From: Candidatus Thorarchaeota archaeon
GTDB lineage: Archaea; Asgardarchaeota; Heimdallarchaeia; Hodarchaeales; Hodarchaeaceae
Direction: 5' to 3'
Length of the DNA stretch: 32,000 nucleotides
NCBI GenBank assembly: GCA_048882505.1
Contig: JBHLRO010000002.1
Coordinates: 420,563 to 452,562, forward strand
Part shown: positions 7,986-16,765 of the stretch, in pieces
Position numbering within the stretch: the stretch's first letter is position 1
Layout: the number at the start of each line of letters is the position of its first letter
Notes under the pieces: generated by a model
What the model saw: only the letters and a program-made list of their open reading frames with translations
The model's database searches: none
What the model was told of the DNA's origin: nothing
Translations under genes and position numbers: made by a program

Positions 7986-10007
7986 GTGCAGACGAGTTCG
8001 AAGGGATGCCAATCAATGGGTTCGGCAACTAAATCTCGAAATAAAGTGGAAGAAATCAAGAAGCTAGCCGATCAAATCCTTTTTCACAAAAAAAAGTACT
8101 ATGACGGCGAACCTGTTATTTCTGATGAAGCTTATGATTCACTTGAAGATAAACTTCGGAAACTTGATCCGACCAACCCCGTTCTGTTTATGGTGGGTAA
8201 TAATGAAGCAGGAAAGGTGTTTCATGACCCCCCCATGCTTTCGAGCCAAAAAACAACGAGTATTGATGATGTCGTGAAATGGAGCGGGGGACGAGACCTC
8301 ATGGTTGGAAATAAGATTGATGGAGTATCCTTATCATTAATCTATGAAAACGGTAGGCTTATCCAAGCGGCCACCCGTGGAAATGGTACCATGGGAGATG
8401 ATACGACTATTGCAGCAATGAAAGTGACTGCCATCCCTAAATCGGTCCCTGAAATCACCCTTAGGCTCAATATCAGAGGGGAGCTATTTATGCGGCTCTC
8501 TGAATTCGCTCGTATTAAAAAAACGGAATCGGATCAGTATAGCAGCCCGAGGAATCTAACAGCAGGGACCATAAAGCAAAAAGATCTTGGCTTACTGGAT
8601 AAGCGAGTTCTTTCGTTTGGTGCGTTTGAACTCCTCGGATTAAGGGATGAGGAAGCAACTCTGGAAGAGAAAGTTGATCTCTTGCTCGAATGGGGATTCG
8701 AAACCACCGAATTCAAACTGTTAAAGTCTCCCTCAAAAGAGTCTATCGAAGCCCTTTATCGGAACACGGTATCAGCACGAGGGAACCTTGATTTCGAAAT
8801 AGACGGGTTAGTTCTAAAGTATAACGATGCCAAAGAACGAGCCAACGCGGGCGCAACGGCTCATCATCCTCGATGGATGATGGCACTAAAATTCCGAAGT
8901 CAAGGAAAACTATCACAAGTTAACAGTATCACCTGGCAGGTTGGGAGATTAGGAACGATAACACCTGTGGCTGAATTGGAGCCAGTTGAAGTAATGGGAG
9001 CCGTTATCCAGAGAGCTACGCTACATAATGCTGATTTCCTAGAAAGCCTTGATGTTGCACCAGGAGATAGCGTCTGGGTTATCAGATCCGGCGATGTTAT
9101 ACCGAAAATCACTGAGGTGGTTGAAAAGGGCCCTAATAGCGTGTTACTGCCATCTCGATGCCCAAGCTGTGACTCAAAACTACGACGTGACGGTGTCAAT
9201 TTGCTCTGCGCTAGCCCAATATGTCGCGACAGAGAAATCCAACGAATCCGTCACTGGATTAAAATTACAGATATTAAAGGACTAGGCACCAAGAATGTTG
9301 CCAAATTGTATGACAACGAGCTGATAAGACATTTCGCAGACCTTTATGACAAAAACCTGACCGAGAGAAAACTGGTTTCATTATTAGGAAAAAACGGGTC
9401 CAAAATCTTCCAAAGTATTCAGGAGACTAAGAACATACCCTTCCACCTGTTTCTTGCAGGTTTGGGCATTAAAACTTTAGGAAATCAGATGGCTAAAGTT
9501 CTCACAAAGCACTTTCCTACATACGAGGCCTTGAAAAATGTAACTGCTGATCAGTTGATGGAAATAGAGGGGATTTCAGAGATCACCGCCAGGAAGATTC
9601 TTGAAGGGCTCCATGATCCCATGTTGGCTGATCACTTGCTTGAGAAGGGAGTAATGATTTCTGAAGGTCCGAAGATATCAAAGAGGGAGTCTCAATCCCC
9701 AACGCGACTAACGAATTTCTTTGAATCACAAGACAAGTCCCCAGAATACGAAATTCGATCTCAAGAACCAGAAAATTTAGAGGATTTACCCAAGGTTTAT
9801 GTTACAGGTGCGATTCCTGGGATGACAAAGAAAGAAGTTCAAACTTTTCTAGAGCAACATAATTACGAATGGGCTGGAATATCAAAAAAACTAACGCTTC
9901 TCATCGTTGGGGAAAAACCAGGCAAGAATAAGCTAGAAAAAGCACAAAAATATGGTATACCTCAAAAATCCTGGGAAGATTTCATGAAAGAACTTCGCCA
10001 GCGATAA
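7986..10007 (+). CDS. ligA: NAD+-dependent DNA ligase (bacterial LigA type); probable start ATG 8016
   Basis: Domain Ia YYDGEPVISDEAYDSL, adenylation motif KIDG, ATRGNG, RGE, DGLVLK, OB-fold WQVGRLGTITPVA, RATLHN, RSGDVIP, Zn finger CPSC...C...C, HhH repeats (GLG, IEGI) and a C-terminal BRCT domain (VYVTGAIPGMTK...KLEKAQKYGI). Confidence 0.97.
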   Translation: MQTSSKGCQSMGSATKSRNKVEEIKKLADQILFHKKKYYDGEPVISDEAYDSLEDKLRKLDPTNPVLFMVGNNEAGKVFHDPPMLSSQKTTSIDDVVKWSGGRDLMVGNKIDGVSLSLIYENGRLIQAATRGNGTMGDDTTIAAMKVTAIPKSVPEITLRLNIRGELFMRLSEFARIKKTESDQYSSPRNLTAGTIKQKDLGLLDKRVLSFGAFELLGLRDEEATLEEKVDLLLEWGFETTEFKLLKSPSKESIEALYRNTVSARGNLDFEIDGLVLKYNDAKERANAGATAHHPRWMMALKFRSQGKLSQVNSITWQVGRLGTITPVAELEPVEVMGAVIQRATLHNADFLESLDVAPGDSVWVIRSGDVIPKITEVVEKGPNSVLLPSRCPSCDSKLRRDGVNLLCASPICRDREIQRIRHWIKITDIKGLGTKNVAKLYDNELIRHFADLYDKNLTERKLVSLLGKNGSKIFQSIQETKNIPFHLFLAGLGIKTLGNQMAKVLTKHFPTYEALKNVTADQLMEIEGISEITARKILEGLHDPMLADHLLEKGVMISEGPKISKRESQSPTRLTNFFESQDKSPEYEIRSQEPENLEDLPKVYVTGAIPGMTKKEVQTFLEQHNYEWAGISKKLTLLIVGEKPGKNKLEKAQKYGIPQKSWEDFMKELRQR

Positions 10008-10276
10008 GAATCTTTGTTCTCAATCCTGGAAGCTCTTTTATGTACTTGAAATTGAGTTTATGATTATAGTTGTATACATATCTTATATTTTCAACTTTAT
10101 TCAGAGAATGATAGACCAATGGGTCATTATAAGATCCAACCTTATGACTTATAGCATCTTTTCTCTCCAAAGCTTCCTTTTGAACAGTTTCATTACTTAA
10201 ATCGTTACCTTTATTATGAACAGAAATCATCTGATGACAAGATTATTCGGTTTCACTGTAAGGAATTGATTCTCCG

Positions 10277-12538
10277 ATGTCTTATGAGTATTATGGCGAA
10301 GAAGAAGATAGGCGTACTTGGAAGGCCATGCCACTCCTGCAGGCGCTTCTCGTATCTATTCTCATCCCTGTTGTTTTGGCAGTTGTTTTTACATTTGCTG
10401 GAGCGGCAACCAATCCACTCTTACTACAAATTGAACTAATTCTGGTCGCTATCGCGTTTTGTTCGATGGGAATTCTCACACGTTCCAAACTACGTGGCTT
10501 CCTTAACATTATAACGGCCCCTATCTCTTGGGGAATCCTTTATCTAGCAGACACGCTCACTGGCGGCTTTATTGCCAATCCATATGGGCTAATTTCAGGA
10601 CTTGCAGAACCCTTGGCAGCAATCGCGCAAAGTCCTTATTTCAGTGATTTAGCTGCTTACATGGGTATAATAACTCAGATCGCAATTATCGTTGACCTGA
10701 TCATTATAGAACTTTTTGCCTTCTTTTTGGGATATTTCCTTGCGATGTTGGCAACAGGCTTATGGAAGAAGGACGGGAGTTTCGCAGTTATTTCTATCCC
10801 CTTTAAACTAATTGCCGCGGCCTTTGTTATTGGGATTCTTGCAATAGTCCCCTTTGCGTACCATGGTATTGGAACCCTTGCTGATGGTGGAATATCATTA
10901 GGTGCGGGGGCGACCGAATTCATAGGTATGTTTGGGGCCGATCTCGCAGGCGGAGGATCACAAGCTGGGCTCCCTTTGGATTTAAACAATGCGACGGTTC
11001 TGGCTGAACTTAGCGCCGCAGCGGCACGAGCAGAAGCCTGGTTTCGAAGATCCAGTATCTCTTTCAGGCATGCCCAAGAGAATATCTTGATCCAAGCTGC
11101 GCTCAACGCCCTCTTTCCCGAAGGTTCTAACCTTCAGGGGCTCAATATGCGTGAAATCACCTCAATACTTTCGATCTCCGACATTCTCGTAGATATTTCT
11201 AGCGAACTACCTGCTCTCTTAGCAGGGTACCAGAACTTTGCTAACGGATTCGACATAACCTTTTCCATCCTTGGCCAAACCAGTATTGGAGGAGGCCAAG
11301 GGGGTTCAATTGAGACAGCTCTTGCGATTTATGACCCATATTTTGTGGTCGGACTCAATAACATGTCAGCCGCGCTCGAAAATTTTACCGATGCCCAAGA
11401 TGGGATTTTAGATGCAATCGCTGGAGCCAGTGAAATTATCAATAAAATTATCGTTGACCAAACTAGTGATTTCGCAGTAATTACGGATATTATAGACGAA
11501 ATGCAGGCATTTTTCCCAGTTCTTCTCGACGTAGCTCGTGGTGGAGTCTTCTTTTTGAATGGTACATATAAGACTGCATTATCGATAGAAGATATAGGTG
11601 GAAACGATTTTGATGGGGCAAGCACATGGTTAGGTAGTGCAGCTCAAGATCTAGGCAGTGCGAATTCAACTCTACAGAATGTGAATACTTCTGGTCTTAA
11701 TCCCGATTCTCCTCTACCGTTTTGGGGTACGGTGGAGATTATCAGAGATCTTGTGAATTTGCTAGGATGGTTTACTCGCGCTGCTGCCAATACCACTGAA
11801 TGCTATACGCGGATCGATGATGTACTTATAAGCTTGAATGACCTGGATTTCCAGGGCACCTCGGTTCTCGCTACCAACTGGGATAATCTTTCAGCAAATG
11901 TGTCAGCAGCTAATACCATTTTTGACGCAGCTCAGTTTAACATTGGCCAAGCTACCAGCCTCAGCAACCAATTAAGCAGTAAGAGCTATGGACCCATTAT
12001 AGATGGAAGCCTCGGTTCTGCAATTACCGACTTTTCGACCATGATGATGCAGTTTACCCAAAATATCACGGAAGTGGATTATCTCTTGGATGCATTGGAA
12101 GCTACCGTATTCGCCATCCAATCATTCACAGAAGGATTTGCCTTGTTTAACAGCACCTTTAGTTATGCGAGTAACAACTCTGCGGACGGACCTACCTTCA
12201 TATCACTTCTCACTGGGAACACAACGTGGAACCAAACAAAGGATAAGTTTGGGTACAGCATCGCCAACGCCTCCCTAGGATGGATTGCTATTGACACGAC
12301 CACCGTCATAGCCGGGAGTGTTCGGACATCGTGGAAAAACATGCTTTACACCCCGTCTTGGCCGATTACTCCTCCTACTGAACCCTCAATTGCTGGGCTC
12401 TCTCAAACAATTTTGGACCTAATGGCCGCAATAGAATTGCTTGCTAATTATGCCATTAAAGAAGATAAAGCCGGATTGGTCAAGACTGCTTTCGAGAATA
12501 TGGAAAACAATGATCTATCGACGATTTTCGGCGGTTGA
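10277..12538 (+). CDS. Large membrane protein: N-terminal multi-TM region plus a long, acidic, alpha-helical extracellular region
   Basis: About 5 hydrophobic segments in the first ~200 aa, then ~550 aa rich in A/S/T/N/D/L with about 15 N-X-S/T sequons. Confidence 0.85.
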   Translation: MSYEYYGEEEDRRTWKAMPLLQALLVSILIPVVLAVVFTFAGAATNPLLLQIELILVAIAFCSMGILTRSKLRGFLNIITAPISWGILYLADTLTGGFIANPYGLISGLAEPLAAIAQSPYFSDLAAYMGIITQIAIIVDLIIIELFAFFLGYFLAMLATGLWKKDGSFAVISIPFKLIAAAFVIGILAIVPFAYHGIGTLADGGISLGAGATEFIGMFGADLAGGGSQAGLPLDLNNATVLAELSAAAARAEAWFRRSSISFRHAQENILIQAALNALFPEGSNLQGLNMREITSILSISDILVDISSELPALLAGYQNFANGFDITFSILGQTSIGGGQGGSIETALAIYDPYFVVGLNNMSAALENFTDAQDGILDAIAGASEIINKIIVDQTSDFAVITDIIDEMQAFFPVLLDVARGGVFFLNGTYKTALSIEDIGGNDFDGASTWLGSAAQDLGSANSTLQNVNTSGLNPDSPLPFWGTVEIIRDLVNLLGWFTRAAANTTECYTRIDDVLISLNDLDFQGTSVLATNWDNLSANVSAANTIFDAAQFNIGQATSLSNQLSSKSYGPIIDGSLGSAITDFSTMMMQFTQNITEVDYLLDALEATVFAIQSFTEGFALFNSTFSYASNNSADGPTFISLLTGNTTWNQTKDKFGYSIANASLGWIAIDTTTVIAGSVRTSWKNMLYTPSWPITPPTEPSIAGLSQTILDLMAAIELLANYAIKEDKAGLVKTAFENMENNDLSTIFGG

Positions 12539-12550
12539 TAGGCCTAAGCC

Positions 12551-12572
12551 GTTCCCCTTCCTCCTTTTTTTT
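12551..12572 (+). terminator. Pyrimidine-rich tract ending in T8 after the 753-aa gene
   Basis: GTTCCCCTTCCTCCTTTTTTTT about 12 bp after the stop, between convergent genes. Confidence 0.5.
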
Positions 12573-12729
12573 AATAATTCTTGAATTTCGATGGCACTCA
12601 CTTTAAATACAGTGATTCTGTCTTCTTTCCCCGTTATGATTCATTTTCTTCAAGTTTCAGAATCAGATAGGCCAAAATCAAGGTGGAAATAAACATTGGA
12701 GAAACAACAGATACACATTGCACAATCTT

Positions 12730-13728
12730 TTAGAATTCATCAGGGTCCTGGAGCCAGCGTTCTGCGTCAAGTGCCGCCTGACATCCCTGTCCCGCAGCTG
12801 TAATCGCCTGACGATATCGAAAGTCAACTACATCGCCTGCAGCGAAAACGCCAGGAATGGAAGTCATTGTATGTTTCTTCTGAACAATGTACCCATTAAA
12901 GAGTTCAATATTTTCCTTAAATAGCTGAGTTTGGGGAATGTGACCGATGGCAATTAGCAAACCCCCTAGAGCGAGCTCTGACTCGGCCTGGGTCTCATTG
13001 TTATAGATTTTGATACCTGTAAGTTTCTGATCGCCCAAAATTTCTACTACTTTAGTATTATAGATAAAATCAATTTTCTTTTCACTATAAGCCCGTTTTT
13101 GAAGAGATCTGTTGGCGCGCATTTTCTCTTTTGGCCCCCGGTATATCATCCGGACACTAGTGGCGTATTTTGCTAGAAAAAGGGCTTCCTCGAAAGCGGT
13201 ATCGCCAGCGCCTACTACGGCGGCGTCTACATCTTTGAAAAAGGGGGCATCGCAGGTTCCACAATAAGAAACTCCTCGTCCACTCAATTCTTGTTCACTT
13301 TTGAGGCCCAACCTTTTGGGTGTCGCCCCTGTTGCTATAATAATTGCTTTGGCCGTGAGCTGCTGCTGTCCTGTTGAGATAGAAAAGGGGTATTGATCAA
13401 GGTTAACGTCTAATACATCTTCCTCAACAAATGTTGTACCTAATCGCTCTGCTTGCTGTCGCATACTCGTGATCAAATCGGGACCTTGAATCTGTTCTGG
13501 AAATCCTGGATAATTCTCAACTTCCGTTGTAGTCATCAGTTGTCCACCTGCTTCCACCCCCGCTACGACCAGGGGATTTAATTGCGCTCGAGCCGCGTAA
13601 ATGGCAGCAGTTAACCCTGCGGGGCCACTACCAATGATAATAATTTCTTGATTCGGATCGACTTCCTTGGATGGACTAGGCCTATGTAGATATAGTTGCA
13701 TACCTGTACCCTCTGTTAAAAGGCTCAA
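12730..13728 (-). CDS. trxB: Thioredoxin-disulfide reductase (likely start ATG 13701)
   Basis: FAD motif IIGSGPAGLTAAIY, GGQL...ENYPGF, active site GVSYCGTCD (CxxC), NADPH motif VVGAGDTA, GVFAAGDV and RQAITAAGQG. Confidence 0.95.
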   Translation of the reverse strand: MSLLTEGTGMQLYLHRPSPSKEVDPNQEIIIIGSGPAGLTAAIYAARAQLNPLVVAGVEAGGQLMTTTEVENYPGFPEQIQGPDLITSMRQQAERLGTTFVEEDVLDVNLDQYPFSISTGQQQLTAKAIIIATGATPKRLGLKSEQELSGRGVSYCGTCDAPFFKDVDAAVVGAGDTAFEEALFLAKYATSVRMIYRGPKEKMRANRSLQKRAYSEKKIDFIYNTKVVEILGDQKLTGIKIYNNETQAESELALGGLLIAIGHIPQTQLFKENIELFNGYIVQKKHTMTSIPGVFAAGDVVDFRYRQAITAAGQGCQAALDAERWLQDPDEF

Positions 13729-13786
13729 ATAGATAAAACCGTGTAATTTTCTACTGTTTTTCTGGTTTTATATCGTAATCGGTCTT

Positions 13787-15187
13787 TTGTATTTCCTTCT
13801 TAAAGAAACTGATTATTCTTATCTAAGCACTCAATTGCCTCAATTTAAGAGGTATCTGCCAATGATCTATGGTGTAAATCCAAACTGGCGGAAAAACTGC
13901 ACCCAAGATGTTACAAGCTCCAATGACGGAGCAAAAGTTCTCATCAGCGGATGGGTTCAACAAATAAGGGATAAGGGCAGTCTGGTCTTCCTAACGATTC
14001 GAGATGCCAAGGGAATCTGTCAGGTAACGCTTCACAAGAAAAAAGCCACAGCTCAGGTCTGGGAAAAATGCCAAACCCTGACACTGGAATCTGTTGTTTC
14101 TATTGAAGGTCAGGTTAAAAGAGATCCGCGGTCCCGACTTGGGGCTGAGCTAATTCCCTCCAATATTTTGATTCACTCTCTGGCATCGCATAAATTCCCG
14201 ATTGATCTGACTAAGAAAAAGACAAAGATGGATCTGGATACCATTTTTCGGTACAGGGAGCTGTCCATACGTGATCCCGATGTCATAGCTGTAATGGAAA
14301 TGAAACATCTGATTGCTCAGGTTACACGAAAATTTTTTACAGAAAAGGGATTTGTTGAGATCTTCACTCCCTTGATCCTAGCTACATCCACCGAGGGAGG
14401 AGCTGAGCAGTTTACTTTAGACTATTATGGGGTTCCAGCTGTCCTCGCTCAATCATGTCAATTTTACAAACAAGCGGCTCTCGCCTGTCATGAGAAGGTT
14501 TTTGGGATAATTCCATCCTGGCGAGCAGAAAAATTTCATACTCCGAGACACTTGGCTGAATTCTGGCAGGTAGAAAATGAAATTGCGTTTGCCACCGATG
14601 CTGAGATTATGAATGTTCAAGAAGATTATATTGTTTCAGTATTAGAATACGTTGTGTCCCACGGTGCCCCCCAATTAGAGAGATTGGGGCGAGAAATTTC
14701 TATTCCCTCAAAACCGTTCAAACGCGTTCCTTTCGCGAAAGCAAAGGGGATGCTCACCGAATTAGGAGTGGAAGAAGAACCAGATGAAGATTTTGGAGCC
14801 CCTGGTGAACTGGCCCTGTCAAAGGTTTTCAAAGACCCATTTTTCATTATCGACTTCCCTACTAGAATACGTGGCTTGTATTATGCCCGCAATCCAACCA
14901 ATCCAAATATCACGCGATCTATTGATCTCATTGCCCCTGAAGGGTTTGGCGAGCTTTCCAGCGGTGGGCAACGTGTTTCTAATCCTGAAACACTCAGAAA
15001 TCGAATATCCCAAAAAGGGTTTAATGAGGCCGACTTTGCTTGGTATCTACGGATGTTTGAATTTGGGATGCCCCCCCACGCGGGATTTGGTCTAGGTTTC
15101 GAACGTCTTGTTCGCTGGATAACGAATGTTTCGCATATCAGGGAAACTTCGATGTTTCCGCGAACCCCAGAATTGTATCAGCCATGA
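13787..15187 (+). CDS. Class IIb aminoacyl-tRNA synthetase, archaeal AspRS/AsnRS family, with mixed signature motifs (likely start ATG 13862)
   Basis: OB-fold GWV..IRD.G...F..IRD, motif 1 GFVEIFTP, TEGG, QSCQFYKQ, motif 2 WRAEK...RHLAEF, ELSSGGQR and motif 3 PPHAGFGLGFER. Asp versus Asn specificity cannot be settled from the sequence. Confidence 0.9.
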   Translation: MYFLLKETDYSYLSTQLPQFKRYLPMIYGVNPNWRKNCTQDVTSSNDGAKVLISGWVQQIRDKGSLVFLTIRDAKGICQVTLHKKKATAQVWEKCQTLTLESVVSIEGQVKRDPRSRLGAELIPSNILIHSLASHKFPIDLTKKKTKMDLDTIFRYRELSIRDPDVIAVMEMKHLIAQVTRKFFTEKGFVEIFTPLILATSTEGGAEQFTLDYYGVPAVLAQSCQFYKQAALACHEKVFGIIPSWRAEKFHTPRHLAEFWQVENEIAFATDAEIMNVQEDYIVSVLEYVVSHGAPQLERLGREISIPSKPFKRVPFAKAKGMLTELGVEEEPDEDFGAPGELALSKVFKDPFFIIDFPTRIRGLYYARNPTNPNITRSIDLIAPEGFGELSSGGQRVSNPETLRNRISQKGFNEADFAWYLRMFEFGMPPHAGFGLGFERLVRWITNVSHIRETSMFPRTPELYQP

Positions 15188-15204
15188 TAGCTGCGATTGC
15201 TTCT

Positions 15205-15993
15205 CTAAATTCCTCTAAAAAGTTGAAAATGCAGTCTTAATATAAACATCCACGCCCAGAAGGGGAAAAGGGGGTGAACCGGATAGTTATTACGGAACTT
15301 AAGAAATTCACCTATACACACATCCTCTGCTTTGTAAGCTTTAACAATTTGTAGAGGTGTAAAGTACATTGCATTATGGTAATTTCTCCATGTAAATAGG
15401 CTCCATTTAACGGCTTCCATTGAGAATTTGATGATTTGAGGATGAATGAGAGATAAGGCGAGGGCTCCTGTTGCTAGGAGCCATGTCATAAAAAAAGATT
15501 TTGTGATATCCCACTTTGTTAACGTTGGAAGCTTCGACCAATTAGCAAACACGTTTTTCCCCCAAACGATTCGATGTTGGCGTAACAACGACATCCAAAC
15601 TGAATTTTGGGGCGCTAATACGGCGCTCAAGATCCGGTTGACATTAAACACTTTAGAAAATCTTCTTTGCTCAAAATCAATTAGTCTACAGACAAAACAA
15701 TTCGCGAACATCCCAGTCGATGACTGTAAACTTCGTATAAGATTGATATCATACTCCTGATCAATAAGCAGCGCCCTTTCAATTTTAAAGACAGATTCTT
15801 TGATAATTTTTAGTTTTTCGTCAGAACAGTGATCATGCATGACAATAAGCAGGTCAACGTCAGTCGACCGAGAATCTTTACTTGGAAAAGAAACCGACCC
15901 GAATAGGATTACTGCTATGAGATCATGATGATGGTGGGTTTCTAAATAATCTATTACTGATTCGATATACCGACGGGTATGTGTGCGATTCAT
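15205..15993 (-). CDS. Pol-beta-superfamily nucleotidyltransferase with a C-terminal helical domain
   Basis: VILFGS...STDVDLLIV (GS plus DxD) at the N-terminus. The C-terminal half is helical. Confidence 0.8.
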   Translation of the reverse strand: MNRTHTRRYIESVIDYLETHHHHDLIAVILFGSVSFPSKDSRSTDVDLLIVMHDHCSDEKLKIIKESVFKIERALLIDQEYDINLIRSLQSSTGMFANCFVCRLIDFEQRRFSKVFNVNRILSAVLAPQNSVWMSLLRQHRIVWGKNVFANWSKLPTLTKWDITKSFFMTWLLATGALALSLIHPQIIKFSMEAVKWSLFTWRNYHNAMYFTPLQIVKAYKAEDVCIGEFLKFRNNYPVHPLFPFWAWMFILRLHFQLFRGI

Positions 15994-16057
15994 AAAAACA
16001 CAGGATTTTATGATGAAAGGATGTTAATTGTTGACAGTACCCAATAAAACTTAAGTA

Positions 16058-16756
16058 GTGCGGATCACCGAATCCCTGGTGGCGATCTTAATGATTGAAT
16101 ATGAGTCTCTCAAATTTCGCTGGCTTGGCCACGATGGCTTTATTATCTCGAATGAAGCAGGAACCCGCGTCGCTATTGATCCATTTCAGATAGAAGGGGA
16201 TTTCGACCCTGTGGATGTCCTTATCAGTACACACGAGCATTTTGACCATTGCCATCCCGATAGCATGAAAAAACTGGTTTCTCCAAACACCGAAGTGATA
16301 GGCATTCCAATGGCAAAGAAGACATTGGAGACCCTAAATTGCAAAAAGCTCCATTATGTTGCCCCTGGAGATACCTTAACCGTAGGAAACCTTAATTTCG
16401 AGTTTGTTGCTTCCTATAATGTAAACAAATACCGAGATCCTGATAAAGGTATCCATTTTCATCCCAAAGCAGACAAGAAGATTGGAGTAGTAATGGAAAT
16501 GGATGGACACAGGGTTTATCATGCAGGGGACAGCGATCATATCCCCGAAATGGCCGATATCAAGACAGATGTTGCCCTATTACCTGTGAGCGGTACTTAT
16601 GTTATGACGGCCGATGAGGCCATTGAAGCAGCGAAGACTCTCAACCCGAAGCTGGTTATTCCAATGCACTTTGGTACCATTGTTGGAGAGAGAAATATGG
16701 CGGAGAAATTCGCCAAGAGCGCTACCTGTGAGGTCAAAATCCCCGAACTAGAATAA
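16058..16756 (+). CDS. Metallo-beta-lactamase-fold hydrolase (UPF0173/UlaG-like); likely start ATG 16091
   Basis: WLGHDGF, IDPF, STHEHFDHC (HxHxDH), YHAGDS, LPVSG and IPMHFGT. Confidence 0.9.
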   Translation: MRITESLVAILMIEYESLKFRWLGHDGFIISNEAGTRVAIDPFQIEGDFDPVDVLISTHEHFDHCHPDSMKKLVSPNTEVIGIPMAKKTLETLNCKKLHYVAPGDTLTVGNLNFEFVASYNVNKYRDPDKGIHFHPKADKKIGVVMEMDGHRVYHAGDSDHIPEMADIKTDVALLPVSGTYVMTADEAIEAAKTLNPKLVIPMHFGTIVGERNMAEKFAKSATCEVKIPELE

Positions 16757-16765
16757 TCGGAATTA

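Noticed and set aside
9982-10230. 82-aa minus-strand ORF between ligA and the 753-aa gene
   Set aside because: It overlaps the ligA 3' end, is AT-rich with no motif, and occupies the region where the promoter of the 753-aa gene should lie. It cannot be fully excluded.
12090-12924. ORFs 12090..12278 and 12718..12924 (+)
   Set aside because: Alternate-frame or antisense overlaps of established genes.
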